The translations under genes and the position numbers were made by a program. Shown one piece after another: positions 31,028-40,300 of a stretch of DNA of 64,000 nt. The stretch's first letter is position 1, and each line of letters opens with the position of its first letter. Location: the NCBI GenBank assembly GCA_965238005.1, contig OZ250165.1, positions 4,576,001-4,640,000 on the forward strand. Direction: 5' to 3'. Under the pieces are notes generated by a model. It had not been told where the DNA came from, did not search any database, and saw nothing but the letters and a program-made list of their open reading frames with translations. The DNA is from Longimicrobiales bacterium. Its GTDB lineage: Bacteria; Gemmatimonadota; Gemmatimonadetes; Longimicrobiales; Gaopeijiaceae.

Positions 31028-31599
31028 CAGTCGAGCACCCCGAGCTCGAGGATGTTCGCGCCGTCGCCCACGAAGACATCGATGGGCTCTACGGACGAGT
31101 AGGAGAGGATCACCCGGGAAGTTCTCCCCAGGATCCTGTAATCTCGGTCGGTGAGTCGAATGTACTCCATGCCCCGGAACACCGGGCCGGCATCGTCAAG
31201 CTCCAGGGGCACACGCCCCGTATCGAGCCGATACTGCTCGATCTTTTGGGCCTGGAAGTACATGACGAGCCTCAGTGTCGCCTCCTCCTGCTCGGTAGGG
31301 GGCGGCCCCGGAGTCTGGATGCGCAGGACACTGGGCGGCCAGCGCCAGATCCATACGGAGATGGCCGTGACGACGACCAGGGCCACATGCCTGATGCCGT
31401 ACCCCTGCCTCCGTACGAGGGCATGGCGAGTCGCCTCCTCCCGCTCGGCCTTCTGGCTCTGCTCCCGCATGACGGCAGCCAGCACGGCGTCGCGCTCGCT
31501 GGCCTGGCTGATCTCCACCTCGGAGACGTCAGCTCCCTCGGGCGGTGCTTCCGCCTCTTCCGGCTGAGTCCTCGGGTCGTCGGGCCTGTCCGGCTCCAT
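31027..31599 (-). CDS. Single-TM hypothetical protein with GspG-like C-terminal segment
   Basis: TM ALVVVTAISVWIW; KIEQYRLDTGRVPLELDD; TGATG coupling to the pilin-like gene. Confidence 0.6.
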   Translation of the reverse strand: MEPDRPDDPRTQPEEAEAPPEGADVSEVEISQASERDAVLAAVMREQSQKAEREEATRHALVRRQGYGIRHVALVVVTAISVWIWRWPPSVLRIQTPGPPPTEQEEATLRLVMYFQAQKIEQYRLDTGRVPLELDDAGPVFRGMEYIRLTDRDYRILGRTSRVILSYSSVEPIDVFVGDGANILELGVLD

Positions 31600-31724
31600 C
31601 CGTCGCCTCGTCCACGGTGTCAGACTAAAACGCCACCCCCGAGCCCATGATCTCCATGGCCCAAGGGGCAGCATCCCCAATTAAAGATAAACACTGGAAA
31701 CCCCCTACGCACCAGAGTTTTTTC

Positions 31725-31908
31725 CTATGAGACCAACGGCTTGTACTGATGCGATGAGGCTGGTCCGCCTCGGCACCGGGGCCCCGCCGCCGGTCCTCTT
31801 CGTACTCCTGGTAGTTTCCTTCGAACCATATCGCCTTGCTGTCGCCCTCGAAGGCCAGAATATGCGTCGCGATTCCTTCATGACGTAGATGAACAGCTCG
31901 TTGCTCAT
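31725..31908 (-). pseudogene. ettA: EttA (ABC-F) remnant: first ~11 codons fused to last ~50 codons
   Basis: MSNELFIYVMK joined out of frame to IATHILAFEGDSKAIWFEGNYQEYEEDRRR..ADQPHRI, frameshift, YKPLVS-stop. Confidence 0.85.
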
Positions 31909-32059
31909 CCCAGGGAGCCTTCCCTAGCTCACACGGAGGTTGCGAACTCGCACCGGGGGGCACGAATCTAAGCCGCGACGGACTGGACCTCTACATGCTC
32001 GATCTTGCCGGCCTACCCGATGGTGAGCTCAGGGTCGAGGGCAGGTAGCTTGCAGACTC

Positions 32060-32152
32060 CTAGTGTTCCGTTTCCAAAGTTCGGGAGCCACCAAGAGGGC
32101 CGGATGCACCGTGCCCTCGACTGGCCGAGACACTTTGGTAACGGGACACTAG
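32060..32152. mobile_element. 93-bp MITE/REP-like palindromic element
   Basis: 21-bp terminal inverted repeats CTAGTGTTCCGTTTCCAAAGT / ACTTTGGTAACGGGACACTAG (2 mismatches); internal GAGGGC/GCCCTC stem. Confidence 0.7.
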
Positions 32153-33414
32153 ACGGCCACGAAGAGGCCGGTGACGTACATGAGGATCAGTCCCGCCACC
32201 AGGCCGGCGGCGTTCAGGGGGCCAGTAAGGCCGAACCCACTGTCGGCCATGAGGCTCCGCACGATCACCCAGATCACCTGGATGATGGCTCCCGCGCCGA
32301 TGGCGAGGAACAGGACGGTGGCCGTGGGTGAGTAGGAGAAGCCTCCGATCCAAGCTCCCAAAATCGTAGGAAGACCGGCGACCAGTCCGAGGCCGGCCAG
32401 CGTCTTGAGGGCCGGACTGGAGCGGGCGAGAGGGGCCACGATCCCCAACCCCTCGGTGGTGTTGTGGAGGAGGAACCCGAAGACGAGAGACGTCCCCAGG
32501 GCCACCTCGCCCACGGCGTAGGCGGACCCGACGGCCAGGCCTTCCCCGAGGTTGTGCAGGCCGATCCCCACCGCGATGAGCAGTGATATCCCCAGCGGGC
32601 CCGTCGCCTCCTGACCAATCGCCAGGCGACTGAGGGCGTTGATGAGGAGCGGTGTCCCCGCCACCCCCAGGACCACCAGGCCCATCCCCTGGAACGCGGA
32701 TGCCACCTGACCCGTGAGCTCCAGGGCTCCCTCCAGCGCGTCCACGCCCAGGAAGAACAGAAGTCCGACCGTGAAGCTCAGGAAGAAGTCGACCCACCGC
32801 CGGCTGATCCCCGAGAGGAACGGCAGCCAGAGGAGTCCCAGGAAGACCGGGATCACCCCGACGTAGATACCGAGCAGGGCGAAGGTCATCACGTAGCGCC
32901 GGCTGACCTCGGGCGACTGCGTGGCTACGGCGACCTCATACGTGAAGGTGACTCCGGTGGAGCTCATGATCGAGATCTCGAGGGGGTCGCCGTCCACCCA
33001 GGGATACGGGATATCCATGACGGCTTGGTCCAGTCGCCCGATCTCGCGGGACGGCGTGAGCGTGTGCTGCCAGTACGCTTCGTCGACCATGACCTGTGCC
33101 ACCGTCACCGGCTCCGGGCCGCCGTTGACCAAGTACACCCGAACCAGGCCCGGCGAGGGGAAGGCCACGCGCTCGAAGGTCAACTCTTCGACCGGGGGAA
33201 AGGCGGCCCGGAAGACACCGATTGGACCCACGCGCACGAAGATAGCCAGAAACGCGGCCAGGAGGAGGAGGGGGAGAAGGGCTTTGGCGGCTAGGGCCAT
33301 CCGGCCCTGGACCTCTGCGGGCTCCCCAGCCTCGGCGGGCCCCCCGACCTCAGCCGGCCGGGCTCCCTCGGTGTCTGCCAGGCGGACTTCGCCCTCGGGA
33401 CTCGGTGCATCCAC
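32149..33414 (-). CDS. ZIP-family divalent metal transporter with extra N-terminal TM and extracytoplasmic domain
   Basis: GIGLHNLGEGLAVG (TM4), LLHNTTEGLG (TM5), AIGAGAI. Confidence 0.9.
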   Translation of the reverse strand: MDAPSPEGEVRLADTEGARPAEVGGPAEAGEPAEVQGRMALAAKALLPLLLLAAFLAIFVRVGPIGVFRAAFPPVEELTFERVAFPSPGLVRVYLVNGGPEPVTVAQVMVDEAYWQHTLTPSREIGRLDQAVMDIPYPWVDGDPLEISIMSSTGVTFTYEVAVATQSPEVSRRYVMTFALLGIYVGVIPVFLGLLWLPFLSGISRRWVDFFLSFTVGLLFFLGVDALEGALELTGQVASAFQGMGLVVLGVAGTPLLINALSRLAIGQEATGPLGISLLIAVGIGLHNLGEGLAVGSAYAVGEVALGTSLVFGFLLHNTTEGLGIVAPLARSSPALKTLAGLGLVAGLPTILGAWIGGFSYSPTATVLFLAIGAGAIIQVIWVIVRSLMADSGFGLTGPLNAAGLVAGLILMYVTGLFVAV

Positions 33415-33456
33415 GGTGATTACCTTTTCTCGGATCTCAACAGGCCACGGGACCCG

Positions 33457-34536
33457 TCAAGTCATCGTCCTCGGCTTGACGTCGAAGATCCCCATCCAGC
33501 CCAGCTCCGCGAACTCGCTCTGATGGGCGTGGAACATGTACTTCCCCGGGAGATCGTAGGTGAACTCCAGTACCGCCCGCTCGCCCTGGCAGAGCATGAC
33601 CGTATCCGTCCACTCGTAACGCTCCAGATCGGTGCCGGTTCGGTACAGCCGGAAGAAGTTGCCGTGCAGATGGAGCGAGTTCACCGGATCGAACTCGGTC
33701 ATGTTCATGAGATAGACGCGCACCAGCTCGCCCTGCTGAATCTCGATGGGGTGCTTCTGGTAATGGAAGCCCACCGTGTTCACCGCGTAGACCTCGTTGT
33801 CGCCGTCGAAGTTGGTGTCGAACCCGTTCATCAGCATCACCATCTCGCTGGCCTCCGGCCTCCCCTCCTTGGGGTCGATGATGAACGCGCCGTAGAGGCC
33901 CTTGTGGAGGTGTCGCTTCAGAGGGATGGAGTGGCAGTGGTAGACGTGGAGCCCCATGGGGGCGGCATCGAACTCGTAGAGAAACGTCTCGCCGGGTTCC
34001 ACCACCTCGAAGACACCGTCCATGCCGGCGGCGTGAATGCCGTGGAAGTGGATGGTGTGGGGGTGACTCCCCGCGTTGGTGAAGTGGACCTTGAGGTGGT
34101 CTCCCTCCGTGCAGCGAATGGTGGGACCTGGAACGGTGCCGTTGTAGGTCCAGGCAGCAAAGTAGACACCCGGTGCCACTTCGATCTCCCGGTCGACGGC
34201 CGTGATCTCGTACTCACGTTGGACCTGACCTCCAGGGAGCGTGGTGACGGTCCCATAGTCGAAGTCCTTGAGGAAGGCCGTGGCGTCGAAGATGGACGGA
34301 TCGACGTCACCGCTCGCTCCCATGAGCTCTGGGTCGTGGGGGTGCCCCGGGTTCTCTGTGGCCGTCTCGGCTGCCGCCGCGTTGTTGAGCGCGATCGCTC
34401 CCGTCCCGGCGGCGAGGGTCACCGCCCCGACCATCCCGGAGCGAAGCAGGTCCCGTCGTGACATCCCCGACGGGGATTCCTCGGTCGCCTCTCGGCCATC
34501 GGCAGTCGACGTATGGTCGCCCTGGTCCTTACTCAT
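33457..34536 (-). CDS. Tat-exported two-domain multicopper oxidase (type C ligand pattern)
   Basis: MSRRDLL. Domain 1: HTIHFH and HCHSIPLKRHLHKGL. Domain 2: LHLH and FHAH, no Cys. Confidence 0.88.
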   Translation of the reverse strand: MSKDQGDHTSTADGREATEESPSGMSRRDLLRSGMVGAVTLAAGTGAIALNNAAAAETATENPGHPHDPELMGASGDVDPSIFDATAFLKDFDYGTVTTLPGGQVQREYEITAVDREIEVAPGVYFAAWTYNGTVPGPTIRCTEGDHLKVHFTNAGSHPHTIHFHGIHAAGMDGVFEVVEPGETFLYEFDAAPMGLHVYHCHSIPLKRHLHKGLYGAFIIDPKEGRPEASEMVMLMNGFDTNFDGDNEVYAVNTVGFHYQKHPIEIQQGELVRVYLMNMTEFDPVNSLHLHGNFFRLYRTGTDLERYEWTDTVMLCQGERAVLEFTYDLPGKYMFHAHQSEFAELGWMGIFDVKPRTMT

Positions 34537-34548
34537 GTCACACACCGG

Positions 34549-34613
34549 TTGAGTCTACCAAAACATATAAATTAGGACAGCCTAAATTTGACCCTGGGGC
34601 CGTGCACAGTCAA
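34549..34613 (-). promoter_or_regulatory. Promoter with DtxR/MntR/SirR-type operator(s)
   Basis: TTAGG-ACAG-CCTAA (34572-34585) in AT-rich flanks; degenerate TTGAG-TCTA-CCAAA (34549-34562); minus-strand TTGACT-N17-CAAATT abutting the main box. Confidence 0.72.
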
Positions 34614-34713
34614 GGCCGTTGTTGAAAGTTCCGACAGGCGCAGTAGACTCGGACGGATCTTTTCGCCATCGCGAGAGGCGTCTCGGCACCGAATCTGGAG
34701 ATCAGGAGCCCAG

Positions 34714-35979
34714 TTGATAGGAATCGTCGGGGGAGGCATCTCGGGCCTCGTGCTCGGCCACGAGCTCGTCGGCCTGGGAGCCGATGTCGTGCTATGGGAG
34801 GCGGCCAAGCGGCCTGGTGGTGTCCTCTGGTCCCAGGACTGCGACGGCTTGAAGGTGGAGCTGGGACCACAGAGAGCTCGGCTCACCGCTGGATTCCGGG
34901 AGCTGGTGGAGGCCGTGGGGCTGTCCCAAGAGCTGGTGACGGCTCCGGTGGATCTTCCGCTATTCGTCTACTCGAGAGGGAAGCTCAGGATGGCCCCCCT
35001 GTCCCTGGGGCAGGCCATCGCCACCGACCTGCTGCCGCTGTCGAGCAAAGCCCGCATCCTGATGGAGCCGTTCCGGTCGGGACCACGAGCCGATGAGACG
35101 GCGGGTGCGTTCTTACGGAGGAAGTTCGGGGAGACTGCCTACCGAGAGCTTCTCGGACCCCTCTACGGAGGGCTCTACGGGTCGGACCCAGACCGCATGC
35201 CCACCCGGCACGGGCTGGCACGAACGCTGAAGAACATGGGCGTGGGCCGGAGCATTCTCTGGAGGATGATCAGGACCGGTGGGCGGGCCGATAAAGCTCC
35301 GCCGTGTTCGTTCCACGAGGGCCTGGCTGCCCTACCCCGGGCCCTTCAAGGCCGCTTGGGGGACAGGGTGCGCTTGGACCGCCCGGTGCGCACTCTTCGA
35401 GAGAGCCGCGACGGTTGGGAGGTCGTGCTCGACGGGGAGCCCCCGGTGCGGGTCTCACACGTGCTGCTCACCTGTCCCGCGGATCAGGCGGCAAAGATCG
35501 TCGAGGAGGTTGCCCCCGAAGGAGCGACCACACTCGCCGGAATCCGGTACAACCCGCTGGCGGTCGTGCACATGCGTTCCGGGGCCGACCTCCACGGCCT
35601 CGGATGCCAGGTGGCGTTCGGGGAGCCGTTCGAGACCCGAGGCGTGACGTGGAACCACAGTCTCTTTGGGCGCTCGGGTCTCTACACGGCGTACTTGGGT
35701 GGAATGAAGAACCCGGAGATGGTGGACCGTGCCGACGACGAGATCGGCCGGATCGCCTGCCAGGAATTCGAGACCATCACCGGACACGCGGCCGAGACGC
35801 TCATGGTCTCCCGGACTCGGATGCCTGCCTGGGACGAGAGCTGGGATGCGCTGCCGGCCCTTGACCTACCGGCCGGGCTGCACCTCTGCTCCAACTATTC
35901 GGCCAGGCCGGGCATCGCCGGCCGGATCCTCGAGGCTCAACAGCTGGCCCGGCGGCTCACGGTGGCGGTCAACGGCTGA
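34714..35979 (+). CDS. hemY: Proto/coproporphyrinogen oxidase (HemY type)
   Basis: IVGGGISGL, ELGPQ, GPLYGGLYGSDP; convergent with ferrochelatase; TTG 34714 start preferred. Confidence 0.85.
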   Translation: MIGIVGGGISGLVLGHELVGLGADVVLWEAAKRPGGVLWSQDCDGLKVELGPQRARLTAGFRELVEAVGLSQELVTAPVDLPLFVYSRGKLRMAPLSLGQAIATDLLPLSSKARILMEPFRSGPRADETAGAFLRRKFGETAYRELLGPLYGGLYGSDPDRMPTRHGLARTLKNMGVGRSILWRMIRTGGRADKAPPCSFHEGLAALPRALQGRLGDRVRLDRPVRTLRESRDGWEVVLDGEPPVRVSHVLLTCPADQAAKIVEEVAPEGATTLAGIRYNPLAVVHMRSGADLHGLGCQVAFGEPFETRGVTWNHSLFGRSGLYTAYLGGMKNPEMVDRADDEIGRIACQEFETITGHAAETLMVSRTRMPAWDESWDALPALDLPAGLHLCSNYSARPGIAGRILEAQQLARRLTVAVNG

Positions 35980-35991
35980 GCCCTGTCGTTC

Positions 35992-37032
35992 TCAATCCGC
36001 CGCGTTCAGGCAGAAGGTCGTCGTCGTCGCACGACATAGACAGCGACGCAGTCCTAGCTCTCCCATGATCGGCTCGGGTCGCAGAGCGTCCTCGACCAGG
36101 TCGGCGAGGAGGGCGGCGAAGCGAGGGTCGGCGTGGGGGATGGGGACGCGATGAAGCTCCAGTCCTGCGGCTTCGGCGACCTCCCGGAGCTCGCCGTCGA
36201 GCTCGGCGAGGGTCTCGGACTGCTCGTGCATGAAACTCAGCGGCTCGACCACGATCCGGGCTCCCTCGAGTTCCTTGACGACGTCGTCGATCTCCGGCTC
36301 GGTCCACTTCACGCCTCGGTTCGCGTGGTTCTGGTATCCCATGACGTAGTCGGTGGTGCCCAGCTCTCGGGCGATCATGCGACAGGCCTCCTCGACGTAG
36401 TCCACGTATCGAGGTCCGTCCTCGAGGTACTCGAGTGGCGTGCCGTGCGCCGAGAAAACGAGCCGAGTATCGGCGGCGTGTAGATCGACGCCCTCCTGCC
36501 TGACGAACTCCAAGATGTTGTCCGCCCGGAGCCGCAGGTAGTCGGGGTGGCGGTGCCATCCCGTGATCTCCCGAATCGGGACTTCCCAGTCGAGCTCCTC
36601 GAGGGCGGCATGTACGTCCTCGAGCGCCGCCACGGTGGTCGACATTCCACAGATGGGATAGACCGGAAGGGCTACCAGCTTCTCCACCCCGTCGGAGTGG
36701 GCTTCGTCAACGGCCGCGACGATGGACGGGTCCGTGAACTGCATGCCCGAGTAGCACTTTACGTCGAGCCCTCGCCGCCTGAGTGCGAGCTCGACCACGC
36801 GGACCTGTTGGCGAGCCTGCCGGTTCAGCGGAGATCCGCCGATCTCCTTGTACTCCTCTATCAATCCGGGGGCCCGGGCCTCGGCAAGCTCTCGGGCTCG
36901 TCCCTTGGCCCTGCTCTTGTTCGGCTCCAGCGAGGCGTTCCGAGTGAAGATTCGCTCCAGATAAGGAACGACCTCCTTCAGGCTGGCGTGCTCGGGCTCT
37001 CCGAAGTTGAGGACCAGGACAGCGATCTTCAT
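35992..37032 (-). CDS. hemH: Ferrochelatase
   Basis: LNFGEP, YKEIGGSPL, FSAHG, WTEP, FMHEQSETLAELD; Cys-rich C-tail. Confidence 0.92.
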   Translation of the reverse strand: MKIAVLVLNFGEPEHASLKEVVPYLERIFTRNASLEPNKSRAKGRARELAEARAPGLIEEYKEIGGSPLNRQARQQVRVVELALRRRGLDVKCYSGMQFTDPSIVAAVDEAHSDGVEKLVALPVYPICGMSTTVAALEDVHAALEELDWEVPIREITGWHRHPDYLRLRADNILEFVRQEGVDLHAADTRLVFSAHGTPLEYLEDGPRYVDYVEEACRMIARELGTTDYVMGYQNHANRGVKWTEPEIDDVVKELEGARIVVEPLSFMHEQSETLAELDGELREVAEAAGLELHRVPIPHADPRFAALLADLVEDALRPEPIMGELGLRRCLCRATTTTFCLNAAD

Positions 37033-37165
37033 GGCTGAATCACCTATGGGTGTGATTGTTTGGCGTCTCGTCGTGATCCCGCCTACCGCTCTACTCCTGC
37101 CGAAAGTAAGGCATCCGGTCGCCGCAGGAACGGGGGACAGGAACTGGGTCGAGAGGTCACGTATC

Positions 37166-37209
37166 TGTACTACGTATGAAGTCACCCTTGTACTACGTAT
37201 GAAGTGACC
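37166..37209. repeat. Direct repeat with 23-bp period upstream of hemH
   Basis: TGTACTACGTATGAAGT(C/G)ACC at 37166 and 37189. Confidence 0.85.
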
Positions 37210-37348
37210 TGGAGGGCGTGGTGCAGAGGGACTTGGAGGAAAGGGAGGGGCCGATTCCGGACCCCTCCCTCCTCGAGATTCTGCGATGGAAGCTCGGCGT
37301 GTCAGCCAGAACCCTGGTGGACGTGGCGACCGGCCGGGACGTCAGCCA

Positions 37349-40300
37349 TCAGTTGCCAGGGTTCCGCGACAGGGCCTTGTAGTACTCATCCACCAGCCTC
37401 CGGAAGCCCGTGGGGACCTCGTCCGACCCGGAGACGAAGACCCGATCGCGGTCCTCCCCTTCCAGCTCACGACGAAGGCCGAACTCGAGCTGCTTGAGCC
37501 CCTCGATGATCTGTGCCTGGAGTCGCTCGACCTCGGCTACGTCCGAGTAGATGCGCTCACTGTCCAACGCCCTCAGGGCCGCTACAACCTCGTCGAGCTG
37601 ACGGCCGTCGAGCACCTCGAGATCTTCCTGCTCCAAGATTCCCTGAAGCTCCTGGGCCTCTTGGACCCGCTCTCGGATTTCACGGCGGAATTGGCGGATG
37701 TCTCCCGGCGAGACGCTCCTGGGCCGACGGTCCCCTCCACCTCCGTCGGGCGTCCCGAAACCGCCCTGGTCCGAGCCGCCCAGCCGCCGCCCGTCGCCGC
37801 CCTGACCTTCGCCCTGTCCCTGGCCTTGCTGACCCCGCTGTCCCTGGCCCTCCTGCCCCTGGCCTTCGCCCTGGCCTTGTTGGCCTTGCTGACCCTGCTG
37901 CCCCTGGCCTTCCTGGCCTGGTCGTTCGCCTTGCCCCTGCTGGCCTCGATCACCTCGCTCCCCGAGGCGTCGTGAAATGGACTCCATGCCTCGAACCAGA
38001 TCCCGGGTGCGGTCGAGGGCTTCGGCCCGGCGATCGTCCTCCGGCTCGCCCACGGCTCCGACCGCCTGCTCGAGGCGATCCTCGAGCTCGTCCAGCCCCC
38101 GCTGCGTCTCGGCCTCGAATTCGCGCGTGTAGTCCTGGTCACCGGTTCCGATGAGACCTCTCGAGTAGCGCACGCGCTCCTTGAGCTTGTTGTCCCGGAT
38201 GGAGTTGGCGGCCTCCCTCAGCCCTTCGGCGGCCTCTCGTTGGCTCGAACGCGCGTCGGCGCTCAGGCGATCGATCTGGCCTTCGAGGTCCGTGAGCTCC
38301 TCGGTCATGGCCTCCTTGCGCTCGAACAGGCGTCTGGCCGACTCCTGGAGGGCCGCGCCTTCCAGCTCGTTGAGACGATCCATCTGCCTCTGGATCTCGC
38401 GTTGCTCGTCGGACAGCTCCTCTGCCCGCCGAAGGGCGTCCTCGCCGTCCTCACGCAAGCGGTCGACACGGTTCCGCTCCAGACGACGGCGGGCCTCCTC
38501 CAGTCTGTCGAGGGCGGAGGTGGCGTCCGCTGTGCCCGCGTTCCCGCTCGATGCGGCCGAGCGGCGCATACCGTCGGCGGCCTGCTGAAGCTGTCTGGAG
38601 GCCTCCATCAGCCGCTGGTCGTTGGTCTCCCGGGCAAGCCGCTCCAGCTGACGGGCGGCCTCCTCCGTTTCCTCGGCGAGCTGACGCTGACCCCGCGCGG
38701 ACGCTCCTCCGCCACCTTGCTGGGCGGCCGCACGCCGTTGGCGCTCCGCCTGCTGCTGCTGGCGCCTGGAAAGGTCCTTCAGCTTCTCGAGGGTCTCGTC
38801 GAGCTGCTCGGTCCTCTGCTGGCGCTCGCCCCGTGCCAGGGTCTCGTACTGGTTCTTGAGCTTGTCGAGCTCGAGCTCGAAGAGGTCCGCCAGATCCTCG
38901 GCGGATGCACCCGCCCCTCCGCCCCCACCCTGCTGCCCTCCCTGGGTGACGACGGCTTCGTACGTCTCCTCGGCCTTCTGCAAGTGGAGGAGGGCCTTCT
39001 GTTCCGGCGAGATGGCCTCCCTGGGCTCACCGTGCTCAAGGATCCTCTCGGCGTTCTCCATCTCCTCGATGGCTTTGGGAAGGAGCTCCGCGATGCGCCG
39101 GAACTGTGGGTCCGCCCCCATCCCGCGAGCCACGAGACGCTCCTGTAGCCCCGCCACCTGCTCACGGACGCGAGCCTGGGCCAGTCGAACGCTGACCACG
39201 TTCTCCTTGAACTCGCTTTCGGGGAGCTCCTCTTTGTCCCGGACGAGGTTGAAGGTGGCCGCCACGATCTGCCGCTGGAGGTCCGAGAGGCCTCGCTCGT
39301 CCATTTGGCCGCCACCCCCGCCGCCACCGGCTTGCTGCCCCTGGCGGTAGTCGATGCGGAAAGGACGGATCTGCACGAAGTAGATGTCACTGGTGACCGT
39401 GCGGACGCCGCTGGACCGGTTGTTGTCCTTAGCCTGGGCGTAGTATGATACCAGATCGCCGGGCTCGAGCTCGAGCTCCTCCAGGTAGAGGGTATGTCCT
39501 GCCGTGACCTCGGGCATGGGCTGGCTGTCGTACAGGGAGATGGTGTCTTCGGGCTCCCCGTTCACCGAGTAGATCAGGGCCAGCTCGGATATACCGAAGT
39601 CGTCGTCGGCCTTGGCCTCCAGGAACAACTCCTCGATGGGGCTCGCCCTTGTATCCCGTCCGGGCTTGGAGAACGACACCGAGGGCGGCTGGTCGGTCAG
39701 GACGTCGATGGTGTACTTGGGCGACGCGGGGACCAGCTCGCCGTCCGCCCGGGCCAGCTCGATCTCGTAGTATCCCTCACGCTCCACCCTGAGGCTGCCC
39801 AACCACGTCCCGTCTCCGACGTCGCTGAGCTCTGCAGGGTCCCCGTTCAGCAACAGACGCCCACCCGGCGTGAGCATGGTGGGGAAGATCTTCACCTTTA
39901 CCTGCGTCCCCTCGAGGGCGGCGATGTCGCCTCTTCCCTCTACGGTGCGCGGTGCGAGGCCCGTGTAGGGCGGGAAGTGGTACTCCAGCTCGAGACGGTC
40001 CACATACGGCAGGTCGGCCACTTCGATGCGATGGGTGTCCGATCGGATGCCGGAGGACTCCACGAAGTACTCGGTGTTCTCGTCAAGGCCGAGGAGGAGG
40101 AGCTCGAATCGGTCTGCCTCGTCCGGAAGCATGGAGAGCCGGTCGAACACGTCCGACGACTCGGACTTGAAGAAAACCTGGACCTCGTCGCTCGCGAACC
40201 CGAAGAGCTGGGCGACCACGAGCTGATCGGATCCCCGGGCGATGGTCACGTCGCCCGGTTCCACCGTGATGGAGTAGGGGTTCACCGTACCCGCGTCCCG

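Noticed and set aside
31977..32048. Possible gene tail DGLDLYMLDLAGLPDGELRVEGR
   Set aside because: Too short to assign
33457..34536. Copper nitrite reductase (nirK)
   Set aside because: All four HxH motifs for a trinuclear centre are present and the axial ligand is Leu, which fits a two-domain oxidase
37207..37382. Coding-like stretch DLEGVVQRDLEERE...LRWKLG on +
   Set aside because: No in-frame start, under 60 codons, no recognisable family
37800..37945. Nucleotide repeats as a separate element
   Set aside because: They encode the GQQGQG low-complexity linker of the DUF4175-like protein
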